From contig JAFZZV010000081.1 in assembly GCA_017828855.1 (NCBI GenBank), positions 1 to 55,360 on the forward strand: 55,360 nucleotides of DNA, read 5' to 3'. Below are positions 35,323-44,336 of the stretch, piece after piece (position 1 is the stretch's first letter; each line of letters begins with the position of its first letter). The position numbers and the translations under genes are program-made. The notes under the pieces are model-generated. The model did no database searches. It was not told where the DNA came from and saw nothing but the letters and a program-made list of their open reading frames with translations. This DNA comes from Oscillospiraceae bacterium (GTDB lineage Bacteria > Bacillota > Clostridia > Oscillospirales > Ruminococcaceae).

Positions 35323-35733
35323 TCATTTGAGGATCAGCCATGCCGCAACTGCAGCTGCAATGAGAATAATGATCTTCCACCAGGTTCCACCCACCGTCTG
35401 CCTGTGTTCCGCCAGCGCTGTCATCACGGCAGTTATTCCGCTCTCTTCTTCCTGTCCGCATTCTGTGAAAGTCCCGTCTTCCGTCCTGCGCAGCTTCGTG
35501 CCTGTCGGAAGCAGGAAGAGCTGTTCTGTCTGAGGATCATTAGTGATGAGGTCTCTGATCCTGACAGGTGTCATACAGTCAGGCTCCATAAAATAGAGCG
35601 GCTCTTCCCTGCCGGTCAGGACTCTCCACCCGCTGTCTTCACCCAGGTCCTCCTCCCGGTACATGTATCCTATCTTCTCGCTCCCGTCAGCAACAGGATC
35701 GCTTGCAAGAGCGTAGAGATCCATCCAGTCCAA
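35323..35733 (-). CDS. Tail-anchored protein with a DUF2185/Imm33-like soluble domain
   Basis: The TTG start lies 6 nt after AGGAGG. From memory, KIGYMYREEDLGEDSGWRVLTGRE resembles the DUF2185 (Imm33) signature. The C-terminus has a TM segment WWKIIILIAAAVAAWLIL. Confidence 0.5.
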   Translation of the reverse strand: MDWMDLYALASDPVADGSEKIGYMYREEDLGEDSGWRVLTGREEPLYFMEPDCMTPVRIRDLITNDPQTEQLFLLPTGTKLRRTEDGTFTECGQEEESGITAVMTALAEHRQTVGGTWWKIIILIAAAVAAWLILK

Positions 35734-35952
35734 CAGTAACCTCCTGCTTATCGCGTGATCTCAGCCGCACCGGTTCAGCGCACCGCCAGTATACAAACAG
35801 TATATTTATGCATGCGTATAACAGCTACGGCCGCTGCGGGTATTATACCCCTGAAGGATTGTCAGAAACAACAGCCGCCTAGCCGTATGCTCCGTGGCGT
35901 TATGTGTCCCGCCGATATGATATACTTCACAAAAAAGGGAGAAGTTACTTTC

Positions 35953-36468
35953 ATGAGCGAACTTAAGGAGATCTACTTTGCCGGAGGCTGCTTCTGGGGA
36001 ACTGAAAAAGTATTTCAGTCTCTCCGCGGAGTGATATCAACTACAGTAGGATATGCGAACGGAACCGTCGCTTCTCCGACGTACGAACTGGTAAAGACCG
36101 ACACCACCGGCCACAGGGAGACCGTAAAGGTCGAATATGACCCGGATGTGATAAGCCTGGATAAGCTCCTCAAGGCTTATTTCATCTGTATCGACCCGAC
36201 TGTCAGCAACCGTCAGGGAGAAGATATCGGAAGCCAGTATCAGACCGGTGTGTACTACACGGACGAGGAATCCGGCAGGATCGCTGCTGAAGTGTTTGAG
36301 AAAAAACGTGGTGAGATATCACCTTTCTGCGTTGAGCTCGGGCCGCTGTCATGCTTTTACGACGCAGAAGAGTATCATCAGGACTATCTGATAAAGAACC
36401 CCTCCGGATATTGCCATATCACGCCGGCAGAGTATGATGAGGTCCTGGCTCTCAACGAAACGGACTGA
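35953..36468 (+). CDS. msrA: Peptide-methionine (S)-S-oxide reductase
   Basis: IYFAGGCFWGTEKVF...GYANG is the MsrA active-site motif. The ATG at 35953 follows AAGGGAGAAG and gives 171 aa. The upstream part of the 237-aa ORF is not MsrA-like. Confidence 0.9.
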   Translation: MSELKEIYFAGGCFWGTEKVFQSLRGVISTTVGYANGTVASPTYELVKTDTTGHRETVKVEYDPDVISLDKLLKAYFICIDPTVSNRQGEDIGSQYQTGVYYTDEESGRIAAEVFEKKRGEISPFCVELGPLSCFYDAEEYHQDYLIKNPSGYCHITPAEYDEVLALNETD

Positions 36469-36491
36469 CAGGAAACAGATTGGTGAATAAC

Positions 36492-37733
36492 ATGGAAAAA
36501 TGGAAAGCAGAAAAACTCGCCCGTGCGCTGGTAGAAGTCGGCGTAAATATCCAGGAAGGAGAGACTCTTCTCCTTCTCAGCGATATCGAGGCACGCGATC
36601 TTGCCAGAGAAGTCGTTGCCGCTGCATTCGCCCGCGGGGCGGCTGACGCTGAGATCATGTGGACCGACCAGATCTCCGAACATCTGAGGGCGCTCTACGG
36701 CACTCCGGACAGACTGAAGGTGATGCCTGAATGGAAAAAGGAAGGCATGGATTCTCTCCTCGGAACAGGCAGTACAGTCCGGATGAGCATCTTCGGGTCA
36801 TACCCTACCCTTAACAGGGATGTACCCGATGAGAACCTGATGGCACTGTCCGAAGCCGGAAACGATCTGCAGAACGTCGCGAGGAAATACGTTCACAGAG
36901 CAGTCCTGAAATGGACCGGAACGGTATTCCCGACAATGGACTGGGCAAGATCCGTCTTTCCGGAGTACGACGACGGGGAGGCATATGCAAGGCTGGAGGA
37001 CGCCATATGCAGGATGATGCACATTGACGAGTTCAGCGATCCGGTCAAGAACTGGAAAGACCACTGCAGAGAACTGGCCGATCGCTCCGCGAAGCTGAAC
37101 TCATATGATTTCAGCAAACTGCACCTTATGAGCGAACTGGGAACCGATCTCTGGATCGGGCTGGTCGAGGGCCACATCTGGCTGTCCGCAGGAGAGATGG
37201 GTGCCGAGAATGTGAACGCTCCGTATGTCGCCAATATGCCGACCGAAGAGGTGTTCACCGCACCTGATTTCAGGTCTGTTGAAGGCATCGCATATGCCTC
37301 TTTCCCTCTTTTCATCAACGGGAAGCTGGTCAGGGACTTTTCAATAACCTTCAGGAACGGCAGAGCCGTCGACTGCTCCGCAAGCGAGGGCCTGGATTTC
37401 CTTAAAGCAGCCCTGTTCCGGGACGAAAATACGAGGCGGCTCGGAGAAGTTGCGCTTGTTTCCAAGCGCTCTCCTATAAGACAGATGGGAAGGATCTTCT
37501 ACAACGGGATGATAGACGAGAACGCCGCCTGCCATCTTGCATTCGGGACGTCGTTTCCCGATTGCGTGAAGGGCGGAACACTGATGTCGGAGGAGGAACT
37601 GTTTGACATAGGAGTCAATCACGCGGTAAGTCATAACGACTTCATGGTCGGGACCGATGACATGACAGTCATCGGGATCACTCATGGCGGCACTGAAGTC
37701 ACTGTCATGGAACACGGCGACTTTGTCCTCTGA
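36492..37733 (+). CDS. Aminopeptidase, family M29 (AmpS/PepS-like)
   Basis: KLARALVEVGVNIQEGETLLL...., PTEEVFTAP, EVALV and HLAFG are M29 motifs. The start is ATG 36492 or TTG 36480. Confidence 0.85.
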   Translation: MEKWKAEKLARALVEVGVNIQEGETLLLLSDIEARDLAREVVAAAFARGAADAEIMWTDQISEHLRALYGTPDRLKVMPEWKKEGMDSLLGTGSTVRMSIFGSYPTLNRDVPDENLMALSEAGNDLQNVARKYVHRAVLKWTGTVFPTMDWARSVFPEYDDGEAYARLEDAICRMMHIDEFSDPVKNWKDHCRELADRSAKLNSYDFSKLHLMSELGTDLWIGLVEGHIWLSAGEMGAENVNAPYVANMPTEEVFTAPDFRSVEGIAYASFPLFINGKLVRDFSITFRNGRAVDCSASEGLDFLKAALFRDENTRRLGEVALVSKRSPIRQMGRIFYNGMIDENAACHLAFGTSFPDCVKGGTLMSEEELFDIGVNHAVSHNDFMVGTDDMTVIGITHGGTEVTVMEHGDFVL

Positions 37734-37752
37734 TAGCTAAGCTTTTTCTGCC

Positions 37753-37791
37753 GAAGCAGGCGATGCATCACCATCGTCTGCTTCTTTTATT
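37753..37791 (+). terminator. Rho-independent terminator
   Basis: Stem gaagcaggcgatg / catcgtctgcttc (one mismatch) followed by ttttatt. Confidence 0.7.
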
Positions 37792-37853
37792 GTCTGTTTT
37801 TGCTGTTATTACTCGCTTCAGCATGGTAGTATGTTAACAGGAATAAAACAGAG

Positions 37854-39089
37854 GTGAATAAAGTGCTTAAGTTCAATAAGAATGACCCCAAAAGTCCCGC
37901 GATCTTCTACATCTACTACTTTGTAGTGTATTTCGGAATTGCCATCCAAGGCAGTTTCCTGACGCTGTATCTGACAGAGTCCGGGCTGCCGGTCAAGACC
38001 ATCGGTCTTCTCAACGGCATCATTCAGATCCTGTCCCTTTTCGTCCTGCCTGTCCTCGGACGGATAGCAGACAGAGCACCTACAAAAAACAGAGTGCTCT
38101 GCATCGAGCTGGCCATCTCGATCACAGTGCTGTTCATGCTCAGCAAAGCCAGAAACCTGATAATGATATGCGTGTTCAGGATCCTGTATGCGATGTTCTT
38201 CACACCGATATCCAGCGTCTATGAGACCATCACGATGGAGTTCTGCAGAAAGAACGGCTGGGAATTCGGCCCCATCCGTATGAGCGGTACCATCGGATAC
38301 TCGATCATGTCATTTGCTTCCGGATTCGGCCTCAAGGGAAACATCAGCGCCATCTTCCCCATGCTCATCGGCAGTTATACGTTGACTTTCATCCTTGCGC
38401 TGTTCCTTCCCAGATCCTCGCGGGTCGCGAGGGTCGTCGTATCCCCGAATGAAACCTCCGACACCAGGAGAGTCCTGGCCGTCCTTAAGGACCGTCAGGT
38501 CAGGAACGTGATGATCATGTTCTTCGTATACTCCCTCTCAAGTTCTGTCAACAACACTTATTTCGGCAACTACGCGAAAGAGATGGGAGGAGATTATGCC
38601 ATAATCGGCATCGCGCACGCAGTCCTGGGGCTCTCAGAACTTCCGTTCCATCTCGGTCCGGGAAAGAGATGGCTTCAGAAGATCGGAGTGGAGCGCTCTC
38701 TTCTGGTCGTTCTTGCCGTAGGGACCTTCAGGTGGACCGTGTGTTCGCTGACGAACGATCCGTGGGTGCTGACAGCCACCATGGCACTCAACGGCATCCA
38801 ACTGGTGCCCGTTATCATCGGAATGGCTCAGTTCCTGTATGACCACGCGCCTGAAGACCTCAAGGTTACAGCTCAGACGAGCCTGAGGCATTCAGTACAG
38901 GTCATTGCGGTCCTTGTTGCGGACTTTGTCGGAAGCGGCCTGCACCACCTCTTTGAGACGCTCGGCAGACACCCCATCAAAGGGCTTTACGCCTGCATGA
39001 TCCCCCTGAACATCCTGGGGATAATTATCGGAGCGAGCTCGATCAGAAAAGGAGAATCTGCGGGGGATCCTGTCTCTCCGGTTGAATAA
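37854..39089 (+). CDS. MFS-type transporter
   Basis: 411 aa with about 12 TM segments and the loop motif VLGRIADRAPTKNR. It has a GTG start; the alternative GTG at 37863 sits 6 nt after GAGGTG. Confidence 0.8.
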   Translation: MNKVLKFNKNDPKSPAIFYIYYFVVYFGIAIQGSFLTLYLTESGLPVKTIGLLNGIIQILSLFVLPVLGRIADRAPTKNRVLCIELAISITVLFMLSKARNLIMICVFRILYAMFFTPISSVYETITMEFCRKNGWEFGPIRMSGTIGYSIMSFASGFGLKGNISAIFPMLIGSYTLTFILALFLPRSSRVARVVVSPNETSDTRRVLAVLKDRQVRNVMIMFFVYSLSSSVNNTYFGNYAKEMGGDYAIIGIAHAVLGLSELPFHLGPGKRWLQKIGVERSLLVVLAVGTFRWTVCSLTNDPWVLTATMALNGIQLVPVIIGMAQFLYDHAPEDLKVTAQTSLRHSVQVIAVLVADFVGSGLHHLFETLGRHPIKGLYACMIPLNILGIIIGASSIRKGESAGDPVSPVE

Positions 39090-39137
39090 TTCCCCCTTCG
39101 GTATTATCATTACCAAAAATCAAAGGCGGTGAAGTAC

Positions 39138-40532
39138 ATGGATCTCATAGAATCCATCAACAGTTTCGTCAACGGCATAGTGTGGGGCTGGCCGACCATG
39201 ATCCTTCTTGTCGGTACCGGCGTGTTCCTGTCCGTAAAGATCGGCATGCCTCAGATAACGAAGTTCCGGCTGATGATGAAGACCTGTCTCGGAAGAAGCA
39301 GGAACGGCAGCTCCGGAAAAGGATCAGTTCCTCCGATACAGGCGCTTGCCACAGCCCTCGCGGCGACTGTCGGGACCGGCAACATCGTCGGTTGTTCAGG
39401 CGCCATCATCTCAGGCGGTCCGGGAGCCGTGTTCTGGCTCTGGGTAAGCGGCATCTTCGGTATGTGTACGAAGTTCAGCGAGGTGACTCTCGCCATCAGG
39501 TACCGGAAGAAGAATTCCTCGGGCGAGAACGTAGGCGGCCCGATGTATTACATTACAGACGGTCTGGGAAAAAGCTGGAAGTGGCTGGCAGTCATATTTG
39601 CCGTAGCAGGGGCAGTCGCCTCCTTCGGAATAGGATGTCTGAGTCAGATAAGCTCCATGGTCACCGCCATCAACACTGCAGTGACATCATTCGTTCCTGA
39701 AGCCGCAGAGAAGAGCGGGATCATATCGCTGGCGATCGGGATCGTATCAGCCGTGGCGCTGGGCCTCGTCATTGTCGGCGGGATCAAACGTATAGCTCAG
39801 GCCGCAGAGGCTCTCATCCCCGTTATGAGCATCATATACATCGTGTGCGCCGTAATAGTAATAGCAACTCATATCACTTCTCTTCCTTCTGTCATCGTAT
39901 CGATATTCAAGGGAGCATTCTCGCCCAGGGCAGTGATCGGCGGGACCGTCGGGATCACGCTCAAGAATGCGGTGAGCAGCGGTCTCGGAAGAGGCCTGTT
40001 CTCCAACGAGGCCGGACAGGGCTCTGCTCCAATAGCACACGCAGGATCCGACACCGACGATCCGGTGGAGCAGGGTCTGTTCGGGATGCTCGAGGTGTTC
40101 TTTGACACGATAGTCATCTGCACGATAACCTGTCTCGCCGTCCTGATGAGCGGCGTGGGCATCGAATATGTGACCGGTGACAAGAACGTCCTTCCCATAG
40201 ATGCATTCGCGACCGTCTTCGGCGAGAAGTTCGGCAGCCTGTCCGTTGCCGTCTCGCTCCTGCTGTTCGCGTTCACTACCATGATCACCTGGTCTCTTTA
40301 CGGAGTCAGATGCGTTGAGTTCCTGACCGGAAGCCAGAGATTCTCGGGGATATACAGGATCCTCTTCGTCGCTGCAGTAGTATACGGAGCCACCGTACCG
40401 CTGGGTCTCGCCTACAGGATCTCGGACACTCTCAACGGGATCATGACGATCCCCAACCTTGTGGCCGTTCTGGGTCTTTCCGGTACGGTGACAGACCTTG
40501 CGAAAGAATACTTCAGCCGTAGTAAACAATAA
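39138..40532 (+). CDS. Alanine/glycine:cation symporter (AGCS family)
   Basis: WGWPTMILLVGTG, ALATALAATVGTGNIVG, GGPGAVFWLWVSGIFGM and SNEAGQGSAPIAHA are AGCS hallmarks. I prefer the ATG at 39138 over the GTG at 39129. Confidence 0.9.
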   Translation: MDLIESINSFVNGIVWGWPTMILLVGTGVFLSVKIGMPQITKFRLMMKTCLGRSRNGSSGKGSVPPIQALATALAATVGTGNIVGCSGAIISGGPGAVFWLWVSGIFGMCTKFSEVTLAIRYRKKNSSGENVGGPMYYITDGLGKSWKWLAVIFAVAGAVASFGIGCLSQISSMVTAINTAVTSFVPEAAEKSGIISLAIGIVSAVALGLVIVGGIKRIAQAAEALIPVMSIIYIVCAVIVIATHITSLPSVIVSIFKGAFSPRAVIGGTVGITLKNAVSSGLGRGLFSNEAGQGSAPIAHAGSDTDDPVEQGLFGMLEVFFDTIVICTITCLAVLMSGVGIEYVTGDKNVLPIDAFATVFGEKFGSLSVAVSLLLFAFTTMITWSLYGVRCVEFLTGSQRFSGIYRILFVAAVVYGATVPLGLAYRISDTLNGIMTIPNLVAVLGLSGTVTDLAKEYFSRSKQ

Positions 40533-40566
40533 CCACTGCTTAAAAAGAAAGGAACCAAGCCAAATC

Positions 40567-41541
40567 ATGACAGACGTAAAAGAGAAGATCCTTCTTGGCG
40601 GAGTGAAGCAGAAGATACATTACGTTACGGATGACCCTTCCAAACCGGTCCTGCTATTCCTCCATGGCGGCCCCGGTGTATGCAACCGCCACGACATAAT
40701 GACTCATCACAGAGACCTGCTGGACACCTTCACTATCGTTACGTGGGATCAGCGCGGTTCAGGCGGATCATTCTGGGGGATCCCGGAAGAGACCCTCACC
40801 GTTAAAAGGCTCACAGACGATGCGTCAGAACTCACTGAGTGGCTGTGCAGAAAGTTCAGCAAGGACAAGATATTCGTGATCGGAGGCAGCTGGGGCAGCG
40901 AGCTCGGGGTATGGCTGATAAGCAGGTATCCTGAGAGAGTAGCCGCCCTGTTCGGATTCGGTCAAGTCGTCGACAATACCCTCAACGAGGACATAAGCTA
41001 CGATTTCACGCTTAAAGCCGCAAGAGAAGCCGGCGACGAGGATTCCGTCAAGAAACTTGAACAGGTCGGTCCGCCGTCAGTCGGTCAGTACAAGGGCGGA
41101 TTTGACGGAATGATGGTGCAGCGCCGCATCCTTATGAAATACGGCGGTTACTCCAAACAGAAAGGCAAGGACAACTACTGGGACGCAATGGTAGTCCCGA
41201 TGCTTAAGTCCCGGGAATACAGTTTCACCGACATCATAGGTCTGCTTCTGGGATACAAACGAGTCCTGAAGGCTATGTGGGAGGAGATCGGGCCCACCTG
41301 TTTCCCGAAGACATGCACCAGATTCGATACCCGCTTCTATATATTCGACGGAAGGCTTGATATGAACACCCCTTCCGAACTGGTGGAAGACTGGTACAAC
41401 ATGATAGAAGCTCCTGACAAAGATCTGGTGTGGTTTGAATCGTCAGGGCACAACCCCATGAACGACGAGCCGGACAAATTCAAGAAGCTGCTCAGGGAGA
41501 AGGCTCTCAACGTCGTATCGGAAGAAAACTGCGTTATCTGA
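40567..41541 (+). CDS. Alpha/beta hydrolase, prolyl-aminopeptidase-like (S33)
   Basis: It has LFLHGGPGV (the HGGPG motif) and the nucleophile elbow GGSWGS. The ATG at 40567 gives 324 aa. Confidence 0.8.
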   Translation: MTDVKEKILLGGVKQKIHYVTDDPSKPVLLFLHGGPGVCNRHDIMTHHRDLLDTFTIVTWDQRGSGGSFWGIPEETLTVKRLTDDASELTEWLCRKFSKDKIFVIGGSWGSELGVWLISRYPERVAALFGFGQVVDNTLNEDISYDFTLKAAREAGDEDSVKKLEQVGPPSVGQYKGGFDGMMVQRRILMKYGGYSKQKGKDNYWDAMVVPMLKSREYSFTDIIGLLLGYKRVLKAMWEEIGPTCFPKTCTRFDTRFYIFDGRLDMNTPSELVEDWYNMIEAPDKDLVWFESSGHNPMNDEPDKFKKLLREKALNVVSEENCVI

Positions 41542-41564
41542 TCCAATATACTGACATAAAACAC

Positions 41565-41602
41565 GCCCCGTACCGGAACGGGATCACGCTCCGGTACGGG
41601 GC
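41565..41602. terminator. Bidirectional terminator hairpin
   Basis: 12-bp stem gccccgtaccgg / ccggtacggggc between convergent genes, with a T-rich run downstream. Confidence 0.75.
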
Positions 41603-41621
41603 ATTATGTTCGTGTTTTGTT

Positions 41622-42734
41622 TTAGAAGACAGATCTCAGGAGGATGATGTTTCCCTGTCTTCCGTTGGCTACTATCACCGCGCCGAACGCATAACTGTCG
41701 CTTTCGTCGCAGCAGAACGACCCTATGACCATGATCAGTCCGTTCTGCTCGTCACTGAAAGTAACCTCGTCCTCACGCACAGCTCCTATGAAAGTCGAAT
41801 ACCCTATCTCTTCGCTGGAGATCGGCCACTTCTCGCTCTCATTCATACCCATGGAAGGATACAGATCCATCGTCGTACCGAACTGTCCGAACGAGATCGC
41901 ACATGTCCCCAGCTCATAATATGTCAGGTCTTCGTTCTCGAAGATCATCATGTACTTCCACTGACCTTCCGACTCATACGGGGCAAGCTGCAGAAGGCTG
42001 CTCGGTACACCGTGGTCAAGATAGTACCTGGCTGCCTCAAAGTCGCTCACGGAGACAGGACCGGGATCGTTCCAGTTCCCTCCGCTCTGCGTGCCGCTGC
42101 TGCCGTTAGATGAACCCTGATTCCCGCTGCTCGATGACCCTTGGTTCCCGCTGCCTGAGGAGCCCTGAGAGCCTTGATTTCCGCTGTTCGAAGATCCCTG
42201 TGAACCCTGATTGCCATTGTTTGAGTTGTTTGAGGGCCCCTGGCTGCCCTGATCTCCCCCGTCGGGCGTTCCCTGCGATCCCTGGCTGCCGCTGTTTGAA
42301 GAGCCCTGGTCTCCGTTGTTTCCGTTGTTTCCAAACAGTCCCTCCGGCCACGTAAAGGTAGGCGAGCCGCTGCTGCCGTTGTCAGGATCGCTGAATTCCG
42401 TTCCGAACTTGCTGTCTATAAACTCCAGCACTTTGACCTTCACCAATGGAAAGGCATAATATGCGATCGCGGCAACAAGCGCCAGCACTATGATCTTCTT
42501 CAGGAATCCCCCGCCGCTTCTGTTCTTTGCAACCGGCTGGGTGTTCATCCTGACTTGGTTGGAGCGCTCAGGCATCACCTGATACTGCATCTGCGGCTGA
42601 TATGTCTGCTGGTTCGTATAGACCTGTTGCTGCATTGATGGTTGTACCGGTACCGCGTTCTGGACCCTGGCACCGCATTTAGGGCAGAATACCGCATCAT
42701 CCGGTATCTGCGCTCCGCATTTGGAACAGTACAT
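41622..42734 (-). CDS. Zinc-ribbon / single-TM protein with a Gly-Ser-Asn-Gln repeat linker and an unknown C-terminal domain
   Basis: The ATG at 42734 follows AAGGAGACAGAG. The N-terminus is MYCSKCGAQIPDDAVFCPKCG, followed by a Q-rich linker and a TM segment IIVLALVAAIAYYAF. Then come about 85 aa of GNQGSQGSS-type repeats and a 150-aa globular C-terminus. Confidence 0.75.
   Translation of the reverse strand: MYCSKCGAQIPDDAVFCPKCGARVQNAVPVQPSMQQQVYTNQQTYQPQMQYQVMPERSNQVRMNTQPVAKNRSGGGFLKKIIVLALVAAIAYYAFPLVKVKVLEFIDSKFGTEFSDPDNGSSGSPTFTWPEGLFGNNGNNGDQGSSNSGSQGSQGTPDGGDQGSQGPSNNSNNGNQGSQGSSNSGNQGSQGSSGSGNQGSSSSGNQGSSNGSSGTQSGGNWNDPGPVSVSDFEAARYYLDHGVPSSLLQLAPYESEGQWKYMMIFENEDLTYYELGTCAISFGQFGTTMDLYPSMGMNESEKWPISSEEIGYSTFIGAVREDEVTFSDEQNGLIMVIGSFCCDESDSYAFGAVIVANGRQGNIILLRSVF
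42075..42332 (-). repeat. Imperfect in-frame tandem repeat encoding (G-N-Q-G-S-Q-G-S-S-x-S)n
   Basis: The peptide reads GNQGSQGSSNSGNQGSQGSSGSGNQGSSSSGNQGSSNGSSG. The DNA shows recurring ggttcccgct / gattcccgct / gatttccgct units. Confidence 0.8.
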
Positions 42735-43068
42735 CTCTGTCTCCTTCTGTTTTACGGTAAAAAAGCTTGGAAATGGATTCGCAGGCAATGCTGGAAGTCA
42801 GGCTGTTTCTTTTCGCTGATGAACTTCCGGTCATGGCTGGCGTCGTTATGTTTGACCGTCCTTAGACAACGGGCTCCTATCCCGTGGTCTTCCCGTAGAT
42901 CCGGTCCTCCGGATGACCAGCCACCTGCTTTCTCATATAGTACACTATTTTCTGTGATAATGATATCTTCCCGATTTTAAACGCAAGAATCAGACTGCGT
43001 CTCAATTACTGTCACATGTTTGCGTGAGATCACTGTCAGCCTCTATACTATTACCAGGAGGGAAAAAC

Positions 43069-44256
43069 ATGATATACAGTGATTTTAACGGCATCAGTCT
43101 ATCCAGACTAGGCTTCGGATGCATGAGGTTCGCCACGGATCCCGTGACCGGAGCGATCGATCAGGACAGGGTCAACACCATGTTCGATCTGGCAATAAAA
43201 GACGGTGTGAATTACTTCGACACCGCTTATCCGTATCTCGGCGGCAACTCGGAGATCGCCGTAGCCGAGGCTCTCAGAAAGTACCCCAGAGACAGTTATT
43301 ACCTTGCCGATAAGTTCCCCGGGCATTCGCTCCCCGGTCCGGTCGACAATATCGCTCTTTTTAACGTCTCGCTGAGAAAGTGCGAGACCGATCATTTCGA
43401 TTTCTATCTGCTGCACAACATCAACGAGTGGTCAGTCAAGATCTATGAGAGTGAAGACTATCACATCATACCCGATGTACTGAAACTCCGGGATGAAGGC
43501 AAGATCAGACATCTGGGCTTCTCTTTCCACGGAGGTCCGGATCTTCTGGAATATGTCCTAAATAAATATAAAGGCATGTTTGAGTTCGTTCAGATACAGT
43601 GCAACTATCTGGACTGGACGCTGCAGAATGCGAAGAGAAAATATGAGATCATTACAGAACACGGCCTCAGTGTCTGGGTGATGGAGCCCTGCAGGGGCGG
43701 TAAGCTTGCCGTGCTTTCGGAAGAGAATTCCGCAAAGCTGAAGGCGTTCCGCCCGGATGCATCCGATGCATCCTATGCTTTCAGGTTTCTCCAGGGCCTG
43801 GACAATATCAAGATGGTCCTGTCGGGCATGAATGAAGTATCACAGGTCGAAGACAACCTGAATACCTTCCGCGAATACGATCCTCTTACGGAGGATGAGA
43901 CCTCTGTGCTGTTCGAGATCGCGGAGAGCCTCAAGAAAGGAGTTCCCTGCACCCAGTGCCGCTACTGCTGTGCCGGATGCCCCATGGAACTGGACATCCC
44001 TTATCTGCTTGAGTGTTATAACGACTACAAGTATGCAGCTACTACGACTGCCTCGGTACGCATAGACGGTCTCGCGGAAGAGAAGAAGCCTTCCGCCTGC
44101 ATCGGATGCGGCCAGTGCGCACATGCATGTCCGCAGGGCATAGATGTCCCGTCAGCTCTTGCCGAGCTTGCAGAGATGTATGAGAACGGCCCGAAATGGT
44201 CGGTGGAAGCCCGCCCGAGGCATGAATCAATACTCCGCGACCTGCGCAAAGACTGA
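43069..44256 (+). CDS. Aldo/keto reductase with a C-terminal 4Fe-4S ferredoxin-type domain
   Basis: LGFGCMRF, NYFDTAYPYLGGNSE and the C-terminal motifs CTQCRYCCAGCP and CIGCGQCAHACP. The ATG at 43069 follows AGGAGGGAAAAAC. Confidence 0.85.
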   Translation: MIYSDFNGISLSRLGFGCMRFATDPVTGAIDQDRVNTMFDLAIKDGVNYFDTAYPYLGGNSEIAVAEALRKYPRDSYYLADKFPGHSLPGPVDNIALFNVSLRKCETDHFDFYLLHNINEWSVKIYESEDYHIIPDVLKLRDEGKIRHLGFSFHGGPDLLEYVLNKYKGMFEFVQIQCNYLDWTLQNAKRKYEIITEHGLSVWVMEPCRGGKLAVLSEENSAKLKAFRPDASDASYAFRFLQGLDNIKMVLSGMNEVSQVEDNLNTFREYDPLTEDETSVLFEIAESLKKGVPCTQCRYCCAGCPMELDIPYLLECYNDYKYAATTTASVRIDGLAEEKKPSACIGCGQCAHACPQGIDVPSALAELAEMYENGPKWSVEARPRHESILRDLRKD

Positions 44257-44296
44257 CAGCACGACTGCTGAAACGCAATATATCCCTTTATACTGC

Positions 44297-44320
44297 AAGC
44301 CGCCCCTTCCGGGGCGGCTT
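44297..44320. terminator. Bidirectional terminator hairpin
   Basis: aagccgcccc-ttcc-ggggcggctt between convergent genes. The T-run gttttt lies 5 nt downstream. Confidence 0.75.
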
Positions 44321-44336
44321 ACGTGTTTTTATCGCT

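Noticed and set aside
35110-35739. 209-aa plus-strand ORF overlapping the end of nagB and the Imm33-like gene
   Set aside because: It has no RBS and starts inside nagB. Its Arg/Cys/His-rich composition is atypical. The minus-strand ORF has an AGGAGG RBS and a coherent domain-plus-TM layout.
42075-42332. Repetitive DNA that could be mistaken for a CRISPR or minisatellite array
   Set aside because: The repeats are contiguous, with no spacers, and imperfect. They are in frame within a long ORF that has an RBS and an N-terminal zinc ribbon. They encode a Gly/Ser/Asn/Gln linker.
42735-43068. 334-nt intergenic region with several hairpins and a CCGG-rich stretch (ggtcctccggatgaccagcc) vaguely reminiscent of SRP RNA domain IV
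   Set aside because: The conserved SRP motif (GUCAGGUCCGGAAGGAAGCAGC with a GNRA loop) is absent. The possible long-range pairings (ggtcat/atgacc, ggctgg/ccagcc) are mutually exclusive rather than one helix. I could not match any RNA family, so it is most simply the divergent promoter region of two genes. An Rfam scan would settle it.
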